From Octopus sinensis (lineage: Eukaryota), in NCBI RefSeq assembly GCF_006345805.1, contig NC_043006.1:91636001-91700000 (forward strand): a DNA stretch of 64,000 nucleotides, read 5' to 3'. A program made the position numbers and the translations under genes. This document shows, piece by piece, positions 12,250-24,850 of the stretch (the first letter of the stretch is position 1; each line of letters opens with the position of its first letter). The notes beneath the pieces are model-generated. The model did not search any database. It had not been told where the DNA came from and was given only the letters and a program-made list of their open reading frames with translations.

Positions 12250-13400
12250 TTGATTAAATAAACAAGGGCAGCATTCATTTCTGTACATACAAAGCTTCAA
12301 AGCCGAACGTGCATTGTAAACCCAAAGCTTTATTCGAACGATAATGCCGAGGCGCTCCACCAGACACATTTACCTAAACTCTGCACCATCTACACATAAT
12401 TTTTACTTACTGCCATCTCAATCTTTACCTTTTACTAAACACAAACTTCTCATACATTACCTATGCTCTTTTTTTAAACTTTTATTGCCTTATCGCTTCA
12501 TTCTCGACCATATTCCAATTCTTATTAATTGACCTTTTTCTTCCTCATCACTGCATGGGAATGTGAGGTGCAGGCCGATGCATTTGGCCTGCAGCATAAG
12601 GCACTGGACTAGAAGTTGACAAAGTAGCGTTTGAAGAGTAACAGCCGGGAAATGGATCTTCTTAACAGAAGTAGGAATGTATGTATTCACGACACATGGG
12701 ACAACGTTCAAGCTTGCTAAAACAAGTCCTGCACACGCATGCATGTCGACATGGCAACAGAGCCATGCTGATAGATTCACACTGACAAACGATACAGTCG
12801 TTTTGCGTAGAACTCTCAGAATCCGTGGCATTGCAATCTGTTGAAACCGGTTTGTCACATACAGCAGAAGATCTTCTTGTTGATCTGCTTTACACACGGC
12901 TATTGTTCTGCTTGCCATGGGTTTAAATCTATAATTCATTTATTTGTCTTTTCTTCAGAGTCCTTCTGCAACGGTTCTACTTTCCCATTTTTACCTATCA
13001 TCACGCCATCCCCCTTTATCTATTTTTGCATTAAAACAGTTTTTTTTTACTGCATTACTATATGATCTCCTCTCAATGTTAATTTTTACCAACCACATTC
13101 AGCATTTTATAGCAATTCCTGCAGCTCGTCTCTGTCAGAATCTTTTGTATTCATTATAATTTTACTCGAAAACCTCGCAAATTCTCTCCACTCTCAAGAT
13201 TTCTGACGTCTAGTTAGTAAATTGTCTTTTGCTAGAATTATTTCATCGTTCCTCTTTTATCTTCGAAATCTGCAGCGTACATTTGCAGAGCGTTTCAACC
13301 ATTTGCTTTATCATTTACGGCTTACGATAATTAACTCATAATTTATATATGCACTTACATATCACCGAGTATTTTCCTCTCTTCTTCCATTCCTCTGCTT
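12250..13400 (-). mobile_element. Heavily decayed RTE-like LINE remnants flanking the RING fragment
   Basis: Degenerate peptides ILRVERICEVFE*NYN and GDGVMI upstream; EKFVFS and IKLWVYNAR downstream. These resemble RTE ORF segments but carry many stops. Confidence 0.4.
12551..12889 (-). pseudogene. CGRRF1: RING-HC E3 ligase C-terminal fragment, CGRRF1-like
   Basis: A frame absent from the ORF track reads ..STQNDCIVCQCESISMALLPCRHACVCRTCFSKLERCPMCREYIHSYFC* (RING 12796-12665, TAA at 12662-12664). Spacing C-x2-C-x11-C-x-H-x3-C-x2-C-x6-C-x2-C is intact. There are in-frame stops just upstream and no good splice acceptor. The CGRRF1 assignment rests on recalled similarity (CVVCQ..LLPCRH..CPMCR). 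Confidence 0.65.
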
Positions 13401-14012
13401 TTCTTCTTTCCACTTTCTCCTCTTCTTTTCCATTCTCTTGTTCCTCTGCTTGTTGTTGTTGTTCTCTTCCTCCTCTTTGTTCTTCTCACACTTTCTTTCC
13501 TTCTTTGATAGTTTCTTTCTGTCTTTCATTTCCTCACATTATCTTCAAGTCTTTCCCTGTATTTCTTCATTTAATCTCTTCTTCTCATTCTTCTTTCCTT
13601 CTCTCCTTCTCCTCACCCCTTTTAATCCACCACATTGCACCCAACACTATTAATCTGCCCTATTCATAGCCTAATTGCTCGCTGCTCTACTAACCAACCT
13701 AAATTTCCTTACTGACATCCATTACCTCGGGACGTGTTGATTTTCATCTTCACTTAACCATTCCCTGAAGATAATCACATTCATTAACTATTAATTGCCG
13801 ATCCCTTTCACAATATTTAACTTTATTATCACATAGATTACCTTTACTTACAAATTCATATTTTGTCTTTTCGCTTCATTTCTAAGTCACTATCTACTCT
13901 CCCTCCCACTGTCACTCTCTCACTCTCCCACTTCCATTAAATCCCATTGTTTTATCTGGAGTTCATTTCTAAATACATCTTTCTACCGCTTTCTCTACGA
14001 AATTATATATAT

Positions 14013-14410
14013 ATTTCTTTACTGCCCACAAGGGGCTAAACATAGAGGGGATAAACAAGGACAGACAAAGGGATTAAGATGATTACATCGACATCAGTGC
14101 GAAACTGGTACTTTGTTTATCGACCCCGTAAAGATGAAAGGCAAAGTCGACCTCGACGGAATTTGAACTCAGAACGTAACGACAAACGAAATACCTGTTT
14201 CTATTTCTTTGCTACCCACAAGGGGCCAAACACAGAGAGGACAAACAAGGACAGACAAACGGATTAAGTCGATTATATCGATCCCAGTGCGTAACTGGTA
14301 CTTATTTAATCGACCCCGAAAGGATGAAAGCCAAAGCCGTCCTCGGCGGAATTTGAACTCAGAACGTAGCGGCAGACGAAAAACGTTAACGTTTCTGCCA
14401 GCTCGACGCC
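14013..14410 (-). mobile_element. SINE-B nested dimer bracketed by a 21-bp TSD
   Basis: Two tandem core+tail units. TCTCTACGAAATTATATATAT lies at 13992-14012 and 14415-14435. Confidence 0.9.
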
Positions 14411-14459
14411 TATCTCTCTACGAAATTATATATATCTACCTTGCAGTGTGTGTGTGTGT

Positions 14460-14707
14460 TGCTTGTTACAGTGGTCAGGCTACAGCCATGCTGGGGCATC
14501 GTAGTGAAGGCTTTTAGTCGAACAAATCGTCTCCAGGACTTACATTTTTAAAGCCTGGTACTTATTCTATCGTTCTCTTTTTCCCAACCAAATCTACTCA
14601 GTGCTTTGGTCGACCTGAGGCTATAATAGAAGACACTTGCTCAAGGTGCCATGCAGAAGGACTGAACTCGAAATCCTGTGGCTGAGAAGCAAGCACAGCC
14701 ACTCCTG
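14460..14707 (-). mobile_element. SINE-A copy, internally deleted
   Basis: Reverse-complement tail (GCCATGCTGGGGCA), body and head (CACAGCCACTCCTG). Confidence 0.8.
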
Positions 14708-16689
14708 TATATTTTGGGTCAAGTGCTTCATTGGAAATACTACCGAAGCAATTTTAAAGTTCTAAATTCACTCTTCGTCTCCTTTTTTCGATTATATGTT
14801 ACCCTTCGTATGTACGCCTATATATATTACACCAGGCTACTGAAATAAAGCAAAATTAATTTTCATTCCTGCCTTACATGTTCCGTCCAAATTATAAAAT
14901 CCCTTTGTAGCTAACCTCTTCTTTTCTGTGTAACCCTTTCATCTTACTTTTCTATCAATGCATCATCATGTTTATTTGTTTCCTCTCCCGTGAATTTCAT
15001 TCCGATTGACACTGAGAGTGTGACTGGAGAGAGAGAGATATTATATCGACAACTGGATTTGCTGAGAACTGACCTCGCATTCTCTGTGTGGATGTGCATT
15101 ATATTCCCAGCGAGTTATTAAGGTTACATGCTACCATGATACCGCAATAGATTTTCAAACAGGATTTGGTTTCAAAAGTTCCCCGAGACTGATTATGAAT
15201 TTTGTTCAGTCTTTTCAACTGTGCATTGGGACTCCCTCAATTGGCACTTAATTCTGTTTTCAATTGAATTTAGAATTTAATAAATGAGAATAAAATGTCC
15301 AATTAGGCTGCTACAGCTTATTGCAGCTAATTTTTGCCGAATTTTACTTTACATTTCCAACAGCAAATAGATGAAAGGCATGTCGAGTAATAATCGTTCC
15401 GGAAGACCAGACAAAATGTCTGTTGTGGCTTTAATCCATCGAACCATGAATTATTACTCAATTACTTATAGTTCACTCAACCATTTCACCGATATAAGAG
15501 TCTTGTAATTCTTACTTAAGTATACATAGATTAGCAGTGTAAAAGGTTAATTTCTTTAATCTAAACGAAAATGATTCGGGCCCCAAAGTAACATGATCAG
15601 ATAATTTCGAGAGAATAGATCTATGTAGCCATTCTTGTACGTGTCCCTGAATTGATTTCTGCTAACTGGGAAACCTTAGATATTTTAAGAGAGGAGGAGT
15701 TGGATAATTAATACTATTTATGGTAATATTGAAAGACAAAAATCGATTATAACGTGGTTTGAACACAGAAAATAGACACAGAGAACTGCTGCAATGCATT
15801 AACCACGTCAATGTACTAATTCGGACATTACTGGTCATTGCATTACATGTACTTATTACATTTATGCCTTTTAACAGACGTCTGTCTGTGTACTTAGAAC
15901 CATAAACTTAAGTATTACACACAAGCACGACTCGCTATTTATAACGCTGAAAGAAAGGACAATAAAATGCTGAGAGCTTTGAAGGGAGATTATTATAAGT
16001 CAAGTATTAGAGATATTGCACTAAAATTCCTTTATTAGAAACATACCGTAGCTTGATGATTGCGCTTTAATAGTGATAATTTCGGATCGGTCTTTATTAA
16101 AGGAAACCAAATGTTTCATTTATGAAATGGCATCCAGTAAATGCATAAAATTACTTTTCATTCGCTTCAACTCTTCAATTCAATATTACATCGAGTCATT
16201 CTCGGTGTCCATCGTTACTCTTTCTCTCTCTCCCTCTATCTTGTTCTTCTCTCTCTCTCTCTCTCTTTCTAAACTATCGTTTCTAACCATCCATCGCAAT
16301 ATCTAATTGTTTCGCGAAAATAAACATTGATCTATTTAAGATACGAATGATATCATCTACCAGACATCGCTTGTCAGATATTTTTACAAGTTAATTCTGG
16401 TTCCTGAATCTATGCGCTATTTTGTAAACAGTTCTAACTGGTAATGGAAAATATTCCTTTGAGTCTATTTTAGTCAAATTTTCTGTTTAGAAAATATAGG
16501 ATATCGTCAGATAATCTGATCGACAATTGTTCCTCACCGTCGCCGTGAAATGTCTACCAGTCAAACAAAATAGATGTTTAGTGTAAATATTGCTACCTGA
16601 TGTATTTAGAATAGGTTACATACAATCTCTCTTTTGTGCAGGCTGTAACTAGAAGCTGAAGATGATTGAAAAAATTGGTGTCTATTGAA

Positions 16690-16990
16690 ATTCTTGCTTT
16701 CTAAAAGTACACGTGAGGAAGTGAGATCAGCAAATTATTTACCCGTCTCAAGCACAACCATATCCGAACTAAAAAGACTACCTTTATATTGTTTTCATTC
16801 ATCTTTAAACTCTTGTGTTCGAAACTTCCTGTCAGATGCAATCTTCGCAATGATTCTAGATAAATCTCTAGAACTCTCAATTCTATAATCTTTGGTCAGC
16901 CACAAGGTTCAGCTCTGTTACCTAGACTTTTCTCCTGTATATTAATGAACTAATTATTGACGCTTTTAGCCATGCCCACTATTATTCAAA
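16690..16990 (+). mobile_element. Decayed Jockey/CR1-group LINE RT fragment
   Basis: KRLPLYCFHSSLNSCVRNFLSD followed, after a frameshift, by GQPQGSALLPRLF, a degenerate form of GVPQGSVLGPLLF. Confidence 0.5.
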
Positions 16991-17228
16991 TGATACCAGT
17001 CTTAATCCCACCTACATTTTCTGTACACAAACATCATCCGAATGTAACCTAGGTATACTGCGACAAACCTGAAACTCTTTACTGATTAGAACCCTTGCAA
17101 AAGCATTTCCCAGTAGGAAATAAAAGCCAATTCCATCTCTTTGAACAGCAACAATGTACAACCAGTGCATATTGCAAGAGTGAAAGCTTCTACCCGCCAA
17201 CTGTTATGTAATTAAAACTCTCAAAGTC

Positions 17229-17387
17229 GCAGGAGTGGCTCTGTGGTAAGTAGCTTGCTAACCAACCACATGGTTCCGGGTTCAGTCCCACTGCGTGGCA
17301 TCTTGGGCAAGTGTCTTCTGCTATAGACTCAGGCCGACCAATGCCTTGTGAGTGGATTTGGTAGACGGAAACTGAAAGAAGCCTGTC

Positions 17388-17443
<56 letters not shown>

Positions 17444-17643
17444 TTGTCCCCCTAGCATTGCTTGAAACCGATGCTGGTGTGTTTACGTCCCCGTCACCTA
17501 GCGGTTCGGCAACAGAGACCGATAGAATAAGTACTGGGCTTACAAAGAATTAGTCCCGGGGGTCGATTTGCTCGACTAAAGGTGGTTCTCCAGCATGGCC
17601 GCAGTCAAATGACTGAAACAAGTAAAAGAGTAAAAGAGTAAAG
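17229..17643 (+). mobile_element. Full-length SINE-A with an unoccupied Tx1 target site (17248-17262)
   Basis: GCAGGAGTGGCTCTGTGGTAAGTAGCTTGCTAACCAACCACATGGTTCCGGGTTCAGTCCC head, body, TA/TG microsatellite, tail ending in GTAAAAGA repeats. Confidence 0.95.
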
Positions 17644-18139
17644 TCATTATAAATGTTAGGCCACACAACCTTTGATATCTCTTGGTAATCTCACATTTAT
17701 AACAAAGCAAAAATGACATTTCTGAGACTATGCCTCCTTTTTTATAGCTACGAAATCTTTTAGAACAGTTACCGACTGACCACAACGCTCATCTAAACAT
17801 CGCAATGGAATATAACTCTCACACATGATGAAGTGCTGCTGATACAGAGATATTTTCAGCGTTAATTGCAACAATTATAGTCAAAACAAAGAGGAAATGT
17901 CACAACTGTTAGGAACTCTAAACTGGATGAATTATAAATTAAATTATATTGTGGGAGCAGATTCGGATGATTGGGTAAAAAGTTCGATTTAAAACTACAA
18001 GGTTTCCGCTTTGATTTCATTGCGTGGCAATTTCTGGGCAAATATATCAAAGACTCGAGTCAAACAATATTTTGTGAAATTTGACCGACGTAAACTCTGC
18101 CAAAGCCCATCCTACATCCATCCACCCATCCATCCGTGC

Positions 18140-18528
18140 ATAGATACATACATACATACATACATACATACATACATACATACATACATACATACATACA
18201 TACATACATACATACATACATACATACATACATACATACATAATACATACATACATAATACATACATACATACATACATACATACATACATACATACATA
18301 CATACATACATACATTCATACACACATACATACATACATACATACATACATACATACATACATACATACATACACACACACATACATACATACATACATA
18401 CATACATACACACATGCATACATAATACATACATACATACATACATACATACATACATACATTCATACATACGTTACTACATACATACACATGTACATTA
18501 CTACATACATACACACATAAACACATAC
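18140..18528. repeat. (ACAT)n tetranucleotide microsatellite
   Basis: Read directly. Confidence 0.95.
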
Positions 18529-18544
18529 ATGCATATTTGCATCA

Positions 18545-19060
18545 TGGTTACAACATTCTCAAAGGATACAGGGGTGGAGTTTGGTCGGGATAAACGTTGC
18601 TACATGGTTGTGAAAAGAGGGAAAACTGTAAACCAGACTAGCAACAGTTCCATTAATGACTTGACTGTTTCCCCTGTATCTGATGAGGAATGTTATTTAG
18701 GAGTGGATGAGGAAAGTATCTCGGGGTGGATGAAAACATCTTACAATGGCACTGGTAACAAAACATGTGTCACTAAAGAATATTAGAGTCGAATAAAGAA
18801 AATTTGAACTTCGGAACTTTGTGCATTCAATAAAACACTACAGTATTTTCGGTACCAGTACTCATACAAACATTTAGGCTGCTTGATTGGAGACTTGATG
18901 AGATCCAGGTCATTGATGCGATAACTCGGAAGATAATAGTCACCACACATCTACATATAACGAAGACGAAGTGGCAGAGGGTTAACATCGATCCAAAGTG
19001 CCTTTGAATGTCGTATCATATCCCTTCAGTAATTTCTATTAATCACCAAATGTCGAAGTG
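18545..19060 (+). mobile_element. Decayed R4/Dong-clade LINE RT fragment
   Basis: FSKDTGVEFGRDKRCYMVVKRGK..YLGV matches the FSDDIRMQFGLDKCA..YKYLGV region of the element at 58-62 kb. A GRGLTSI-like segment follows. Confidence 0.7.
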
Positions 19061-19456
19061 CTTTGCTTTGACCATATTCACATGCATGAGGTTGATGAAT
19101 CCTTCATTCCCAATAGTTTAACCGCGCGATCGGGTATTCAGTCCGATTATTTCTATGTCCCCGCGCATGATACAGCCTTAAGACATTTATTGGATGGCCG
19201 TTGATTCTCAAGAGTTTCTCCGCCCTTTGACGGGTTTTGTTTTTCATCCCGCAGGGTGTCCAATAAACACGCTCCTCACACACATAGATACATACAAAAA
19301 TACCCTGTTTTTGATTTTGAAATTACAATGAAGGAGCCTTGGATCTAGGTTAGAAACCGGCTCTTTCTCTGTTGCCAAAAAATCATGAAATAAAACTGAA
19401 TAATGACTTCGTATAAATATACTCAGATTCACCTACACATCAATTCACACAAACAC

Positions 19457-19529
<73 letters not shown>

Positions 19530-19540
19530 CACAGAGAGTA

Positions 19541-19889
19541 AAAAGTGGTACCGGCATTGCTAGAAATGAGAGTCAAAACATCTGAATAGCAACAAATGCA
19601 CTATCTTAATTACTAATAATGGAGATAAGTTCCCTAGCGGACGTAGCCAGGTCACCAAAGCGGAGCATTTTAATTCTCATCAGTGGCTCTTTCTGCGCCA
19701 TGTCAGCTTATAAGCAAACCGTTGAACCCATACGCCGATTTCAAAAACGGTAAAAGTGAAAACTATAAATAATATGGGTGACCTATTGGCAATTTAACAT
19801 CCTAAAAGCAAATTTATAGACGTCACTAGTGGATTTGTGACAATTGAGCTGTTTTGACTCTCATTTCTAGTAATGCCGGTACCACTTGG
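19541..19889. mobile_element. MITE with 38-bp (imperfectly about 60-bp) terminal inverted repeats, TA-flanked
   Basis: 19543-19580 matches the reverse complement of 19850-19887 at 37/38. TA at 19539-19540 and 19890-19891. Confidence 0.75.
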
Positions 19890-20054
19890 TATCGTCAGTC
19901 ACTTTAGTGCCGTCTATGAATATAAAGGCGGTGCTCCAGCATGGCTGCAGTCAAATGACTGAAACAAATAAAAGAATATAGACATACATACACATACATA
20001 TATATATATGTATACATGTATATATATATATATGTATGTATGTATATGTATTTA

Positions 20055-20095
<41 letters not shown>

Positions 20096-20159
20096 ATATA
20101 TATTACGGAGATGTATTTGCATAGCAAGTGATTTGATCTGAGATCGTGTGCTAGAACGA

Positions 20160-20265
20160 AAACAATTGCAGCGTGGAAGGTGTTTGTAAGCCATTTAAAA
20201 AACACACAAAAGCTTTTGTGTGTTTCTTAAATGGCTTACAAACACCTTCCACGCTGCAATTGTTT
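20160..20265. repeat. 106-bp loopless palindrome
   Basis: 53-bp arms, 52/53 identical, centred on AAGCTT (20212/20213). Confidence 0.95.
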
Positions 20266-20567
20266 ATATATATATATTTTTTTTTTAACTGCTGGGGGTG
20301 GATGTGGCGTGTGAAGTTTGGCATTTGTCAAGAGTTTTTTAAAAATTTGTGTTGCCTTTTACATTTGAGGATTTTGTGTGCATTTATAATGTTTTTCATT
20401 TTTGGGTCTGTTGACAGTAGACTGAGGTTTTGTATGATTGTGGTGTATGCTTCGATATTTTTGGGGGTGTGGGTGGAAATGTATGGAAGTATTTTGGGGT
20501 TGTGTTTGGTGTTAGGTTGGGTGGTTTTCAGTGTAATATTGTCTAGTTCTTTGGCGCGTTTTATTCC

Positions 20568-20639
<72 letters not shown>

Positions 20640-23600
20640 AGGTGTATTCCGTTAAGAACGTATTAGAATACAAAATAGAGCTCGTTCACTCTTAGAATTA
20701 CCAGATAGCCGGCAGTATTATGGTATACCACCAATTCTAAGCTTAGGTATTCCTCGTTACGCATACACGTGTATGTATGTATATATGTATGTACGTATGC
20801 ATGTATGTATGTATGTATGTATGTATGTATGTATGTATGTATGTATGTATGTATGCGTGTATACATCTAGTTGAAATCCAGTAGACCCAATCAATGAAAT
20901 TATTTCATGAGCTGTTTGTAAACTCAAAGAGTCAGCAGGTATGAGAGGTGAATATATTTATTTAGCCACCTGCTGTCCTTAGCATTACGGCCGTTTCGCA
21001 TCCTTCATTATGCTATAATAACTTTAGTGTATAAGCCATATATCCCAATGTGGGGTGAAAATCGGTACATTCGAACAGAAGTACTTGGTAGCATGTTCCG
21101 CTGAATTAAATCTCCTTCTTCGTTTTGCATTGTACGACAACGAGGAAATAAGAATAAGTATTAGGAAAAGTACTGGAGGCAAAGTAATCAACTAAAGCCT
21201 TAAAATGCCACGCTCCAGCATGGCCACTGCCCGTTAACTGAATCCACTAAAAGACAATAGAAGAATATGACTCACATTAGAGTTAGAGAAACAATCCAAA
21301 CAGCAATTCAATTAGTAAACATTTATTTACAGATCATAAATTTTAAGTAATCTAGCTGAAACCTGGATTGATTGAATAGAAGATTGCATGACAAAGAAAA
21401 TTATGTTTAAGCAGATACTTTGCGAGCAGAAGCGATGGTGTTATTAGGAAGGAGACATACTTTTAAGAATTGCAGATTATTCTGTCTGAAGTAATTCTAT
21501 CGGTTGAATTTGTGGTTTTATGTAAGTATATCCAAGCGAAGCAATTCACAGTGCAGCATGGAATCGCTGATATGGAGATATACTGCTTTTGTCAAACGAT
21601 AAAATGCTGGAATTTGATTGAATTCCGTACTTAGTTGGTGAAAATTATCACAAGGAAACCATAGGATGTTATTCATTTATCCATGTGTAATTTTATGTAA
21701 GGAAAAATGTTTCTATATATTTGTATGCATTTATGTATCGATGGGCCTATAGATTTGTGTTATAATGTGGAATGCTTATATGCATACATAAATATGCATG
21801 CATTGTTGCATACATGAATATATACATTTAACTAAATATATATATACACACATGCATGCATACATGTACTGTATATATGTGTATATATGTATATGCATTT
21901 TAGTGAGAACATACAATTTATATGTAGGCAAATATTTACATATTGCTAGTGAGACATGTCAGTTAGTATCGTACGAGTTTGTATCTTTTGAAAACTGGAA
22001 ACTATCTTTATGTCTTTTAACTGTATAGCATCTTATTCCTTGATAAAGCGTCTCAGATGTTCTTCTTTTGGTGCACGGAAGAGAAGGAACGTAGATGAAT
22101 ATATAATTTAGTTTTATTCTCCTTCAAACTACCAGCAGCTCACAAATATTATCAGGCATTTATTTTCACCTAACGTTATCTCAAGTTTGTTGTTCCATAG
22201 CTATAAAGCGAACATATAAGCGACGAAAATGTTTCATCATTTAGTGCAACCGAGTTGAGGGTAGAGCTGATATTACGACGCTACCGCATCTTATCGCATT
22301 CAAAAGTGCTTTCGGCTTTAAACTCATTATTTCTTTATCGCCATCTTTTTTTTAGTTTACATACAAATAATATGCATCTGTGAGCGCAGTCACGGTTTTG
22401 TGTTTAAGAAGTTTGCTTGCAACCTGAATGTTTTCGGATTCAATCCCATGGCACTGCGCGTTGAACAAAAGTTATCCACTATAACATCGGCTTGGCCAAA
22501 GCCGTGTTAATGGAAATTAGTCGATCTAAACTACATGGAAGCCAGTTAGAGGGGTTGCTGTTGGGTGACAGACTTATTCCATCCACCTATTTGAAACCGC
22601 CGCTCAACCATGGCTGACTGTAGCAGGGTCAACTCTGTTACTTGGGTCGGATCTCTGGTCTGGATATAAGTCCCACCTTTCCCTGAACCAATATTGGAGA
22701 CCCTGTAAAAGTTATGGGTGGTTCCCTTCCTCCTCAGATTTGGCCATTAAAATATCGACCTCTCACCTAATATGAAACCATAGTGTCGAAGACAACTAAA
22801 CAACCTATGATGTCGAGAGACCGAAGAACTTATGCTGTTACTGAAATAAATATTTGTGAAAATACATGCAGTTAATCAAATATGTTCTTTATATACTCCA
22901 TATTTTGATATCTAGAATATATTTCAAGTGAATGTTCATAAAATCTGATCTGTCGTTTCTTGTACAACGCTTTGTGGTTTTCAAATAGCTTTGGTTTGAA
23001 TGTTTCAACACTTTGATGCATGTATGGATACGATGAATAATTAGTTGTAATCTTGTGTAGGACACTCAAAGTTAATCTCTGTTTCCAAGTATAAAAAATA
23101 ATGGATTTCACCACAACTTCTTCGTTTTCTAACTCTTTAATGTTATAATATTAAACCTGCACGGAATTACGATTGCCTTGGGAATTCAATTTGTTCTCAG
23201 ATCTGATCTGATAGCAGCGACAGCTATTTATCATCAATCGCGAGTCTTCATGTATTAAGTATGTTAGTCTTGTGATACGTAGATTTCTCTTAAGTTTCAG
23301 TTTAATTTTACAACCGAAAGAAAATCATCCGTATTCCTGTCATCTCTGCTTCTTTCTCTCGATACACTTGATCATCTTGAAAGCTACTTATCCAGCATTT
23401 TGACGCAAAGAAACGGTCTTGTTGATTTGAACATTTAGATTATCATATATTTAAATTACCAGACTTCTCATCAAAAGTATCAAGACCTTTCTTAGATGTT
23501 CTTGTTAAAATTTTGTTCAGTCGATCTTGCAGCATTTTTATAGGAAAGCAATGTCAGCGTTTAAAGTTGTATTATCTGTTACCGTACAAGGATGTAACAT

Positions 23601-23911
23601 TAAATCATTAAATATATAAGTTTTCTATTACACACTTCGCTCGTTGCCAATGTAAAATCAACTACTCTGTATCGCAAGGAGTCACTTTAAGAAAACAAAT
23701 ATCTACGTTTAGAATGTCGCTCGTTGATCAAATTGTACGAGACGTTGTCCTTGCATATTAATGAAACACTGCACTTGACAGCACATTTTAATGGCAACAA
23801 CCACGCATGTTGTCAATAAAATTTGGTTTAGAGTAGAATATTCACAATCTAGCCATACCCCAAACCGTTTACATCTCACTTTGTATCAGGGAAAAAACTG
23901 TGCTCATCTGG

Positions 23912-23916
<5 letters not shown>

Positions 23917-23944
<28 letters not shown>

Positions 23945-24018
23945 TGTATGTATGTATGTATGTATGTATGTATGTATGTATGTATGTATGTATGTATGTA
24001 TGTATGTATGTATGTATG
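23917..24018. repeat. (ATGT)n microsatellite
   Basis: Read directly. Confidence 0.95.
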
Positions 24019-24239
24019 CATATAATATGTATTTCTCTTCCTCTTTCTTTCTTAATTTTTTCACCTTTTCCTTTGCCCCTATCTATCCACTTAATACTAC
24101 CACTAAATTCTCAAATTTTCATTCACACCACAAGATCCCTTTGAATGAACAGTACATGGTATTTACATCTGCACACTTTCCATTTGTAATGACAAAATAT
24201 GAACTCTAATCGGAATTTATATACCATGGACAAGGGTAT

Positions 24240-24850
24240 CATCATTCTACTCCTCGAATACCACTGTCCCTTATGGTCTCCCCATACAAAACAAAACATC
24301 TCGAGGATTGAATCACCCAGAGGACACTCACTAAACAAATTGAAGGCATGACTGATTTCGATTATTGGGACCGTTTTAAAGCCTTGAGACTCTACTCTCT
24401 CCAGCGCGGCCGCGAGCGGTACATCATTTGTACGATGTGGAGAATATACCGCCAGCATTGCCCAAACGACCTGAACATTAGTTTCAAGGTTCATCCAAGG
24501 CTGGGACCACGGGCCATACGCGCCCCTGCCCAATTCAAGATCACAGCATATAGGTACACTGCGACATAATTTTTTTTCCTCAACAGGCCCTGCCCTGTAT
24601 AACATTGTGCCGAAAGAGATCAAAAGGAAAATGATCCCATCATCTTTAAATGGAGTCTGGGCAGATTCCTTCAAGGAATACTAGATAAACCACCCATACC
24701 TGGATACAATTCACTCAACAAGAACTCACTACTTGAATGGACCATAACAAAACTTGACTTAAACAGGATTTAGATAATCCTATCAGGTGGTGCTATTACG
24801 TTAGACATGGCCTGGACCAATCTTTCGTCGAAACATATCTAAGTTTTATT
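24240..24850 (+). mobile_element. 3' fragment of a second CR1/L2-type LINE family
   Basis: LEYHCPLWSP..QRTLTKQIEGMTDFDYWDRFKALRLYSLQRGRERYII, then GPALYNIVP..LGRFLQGILDKP..NSLLEW in shifted frames. Confidence 0.85.

Noticed and set aside
20290-20560. Possible Penelope-like RT remnant on the minus strand
   Set aside because: Only a faint HP..KYRSI-like resemblance; too degenerate to call.
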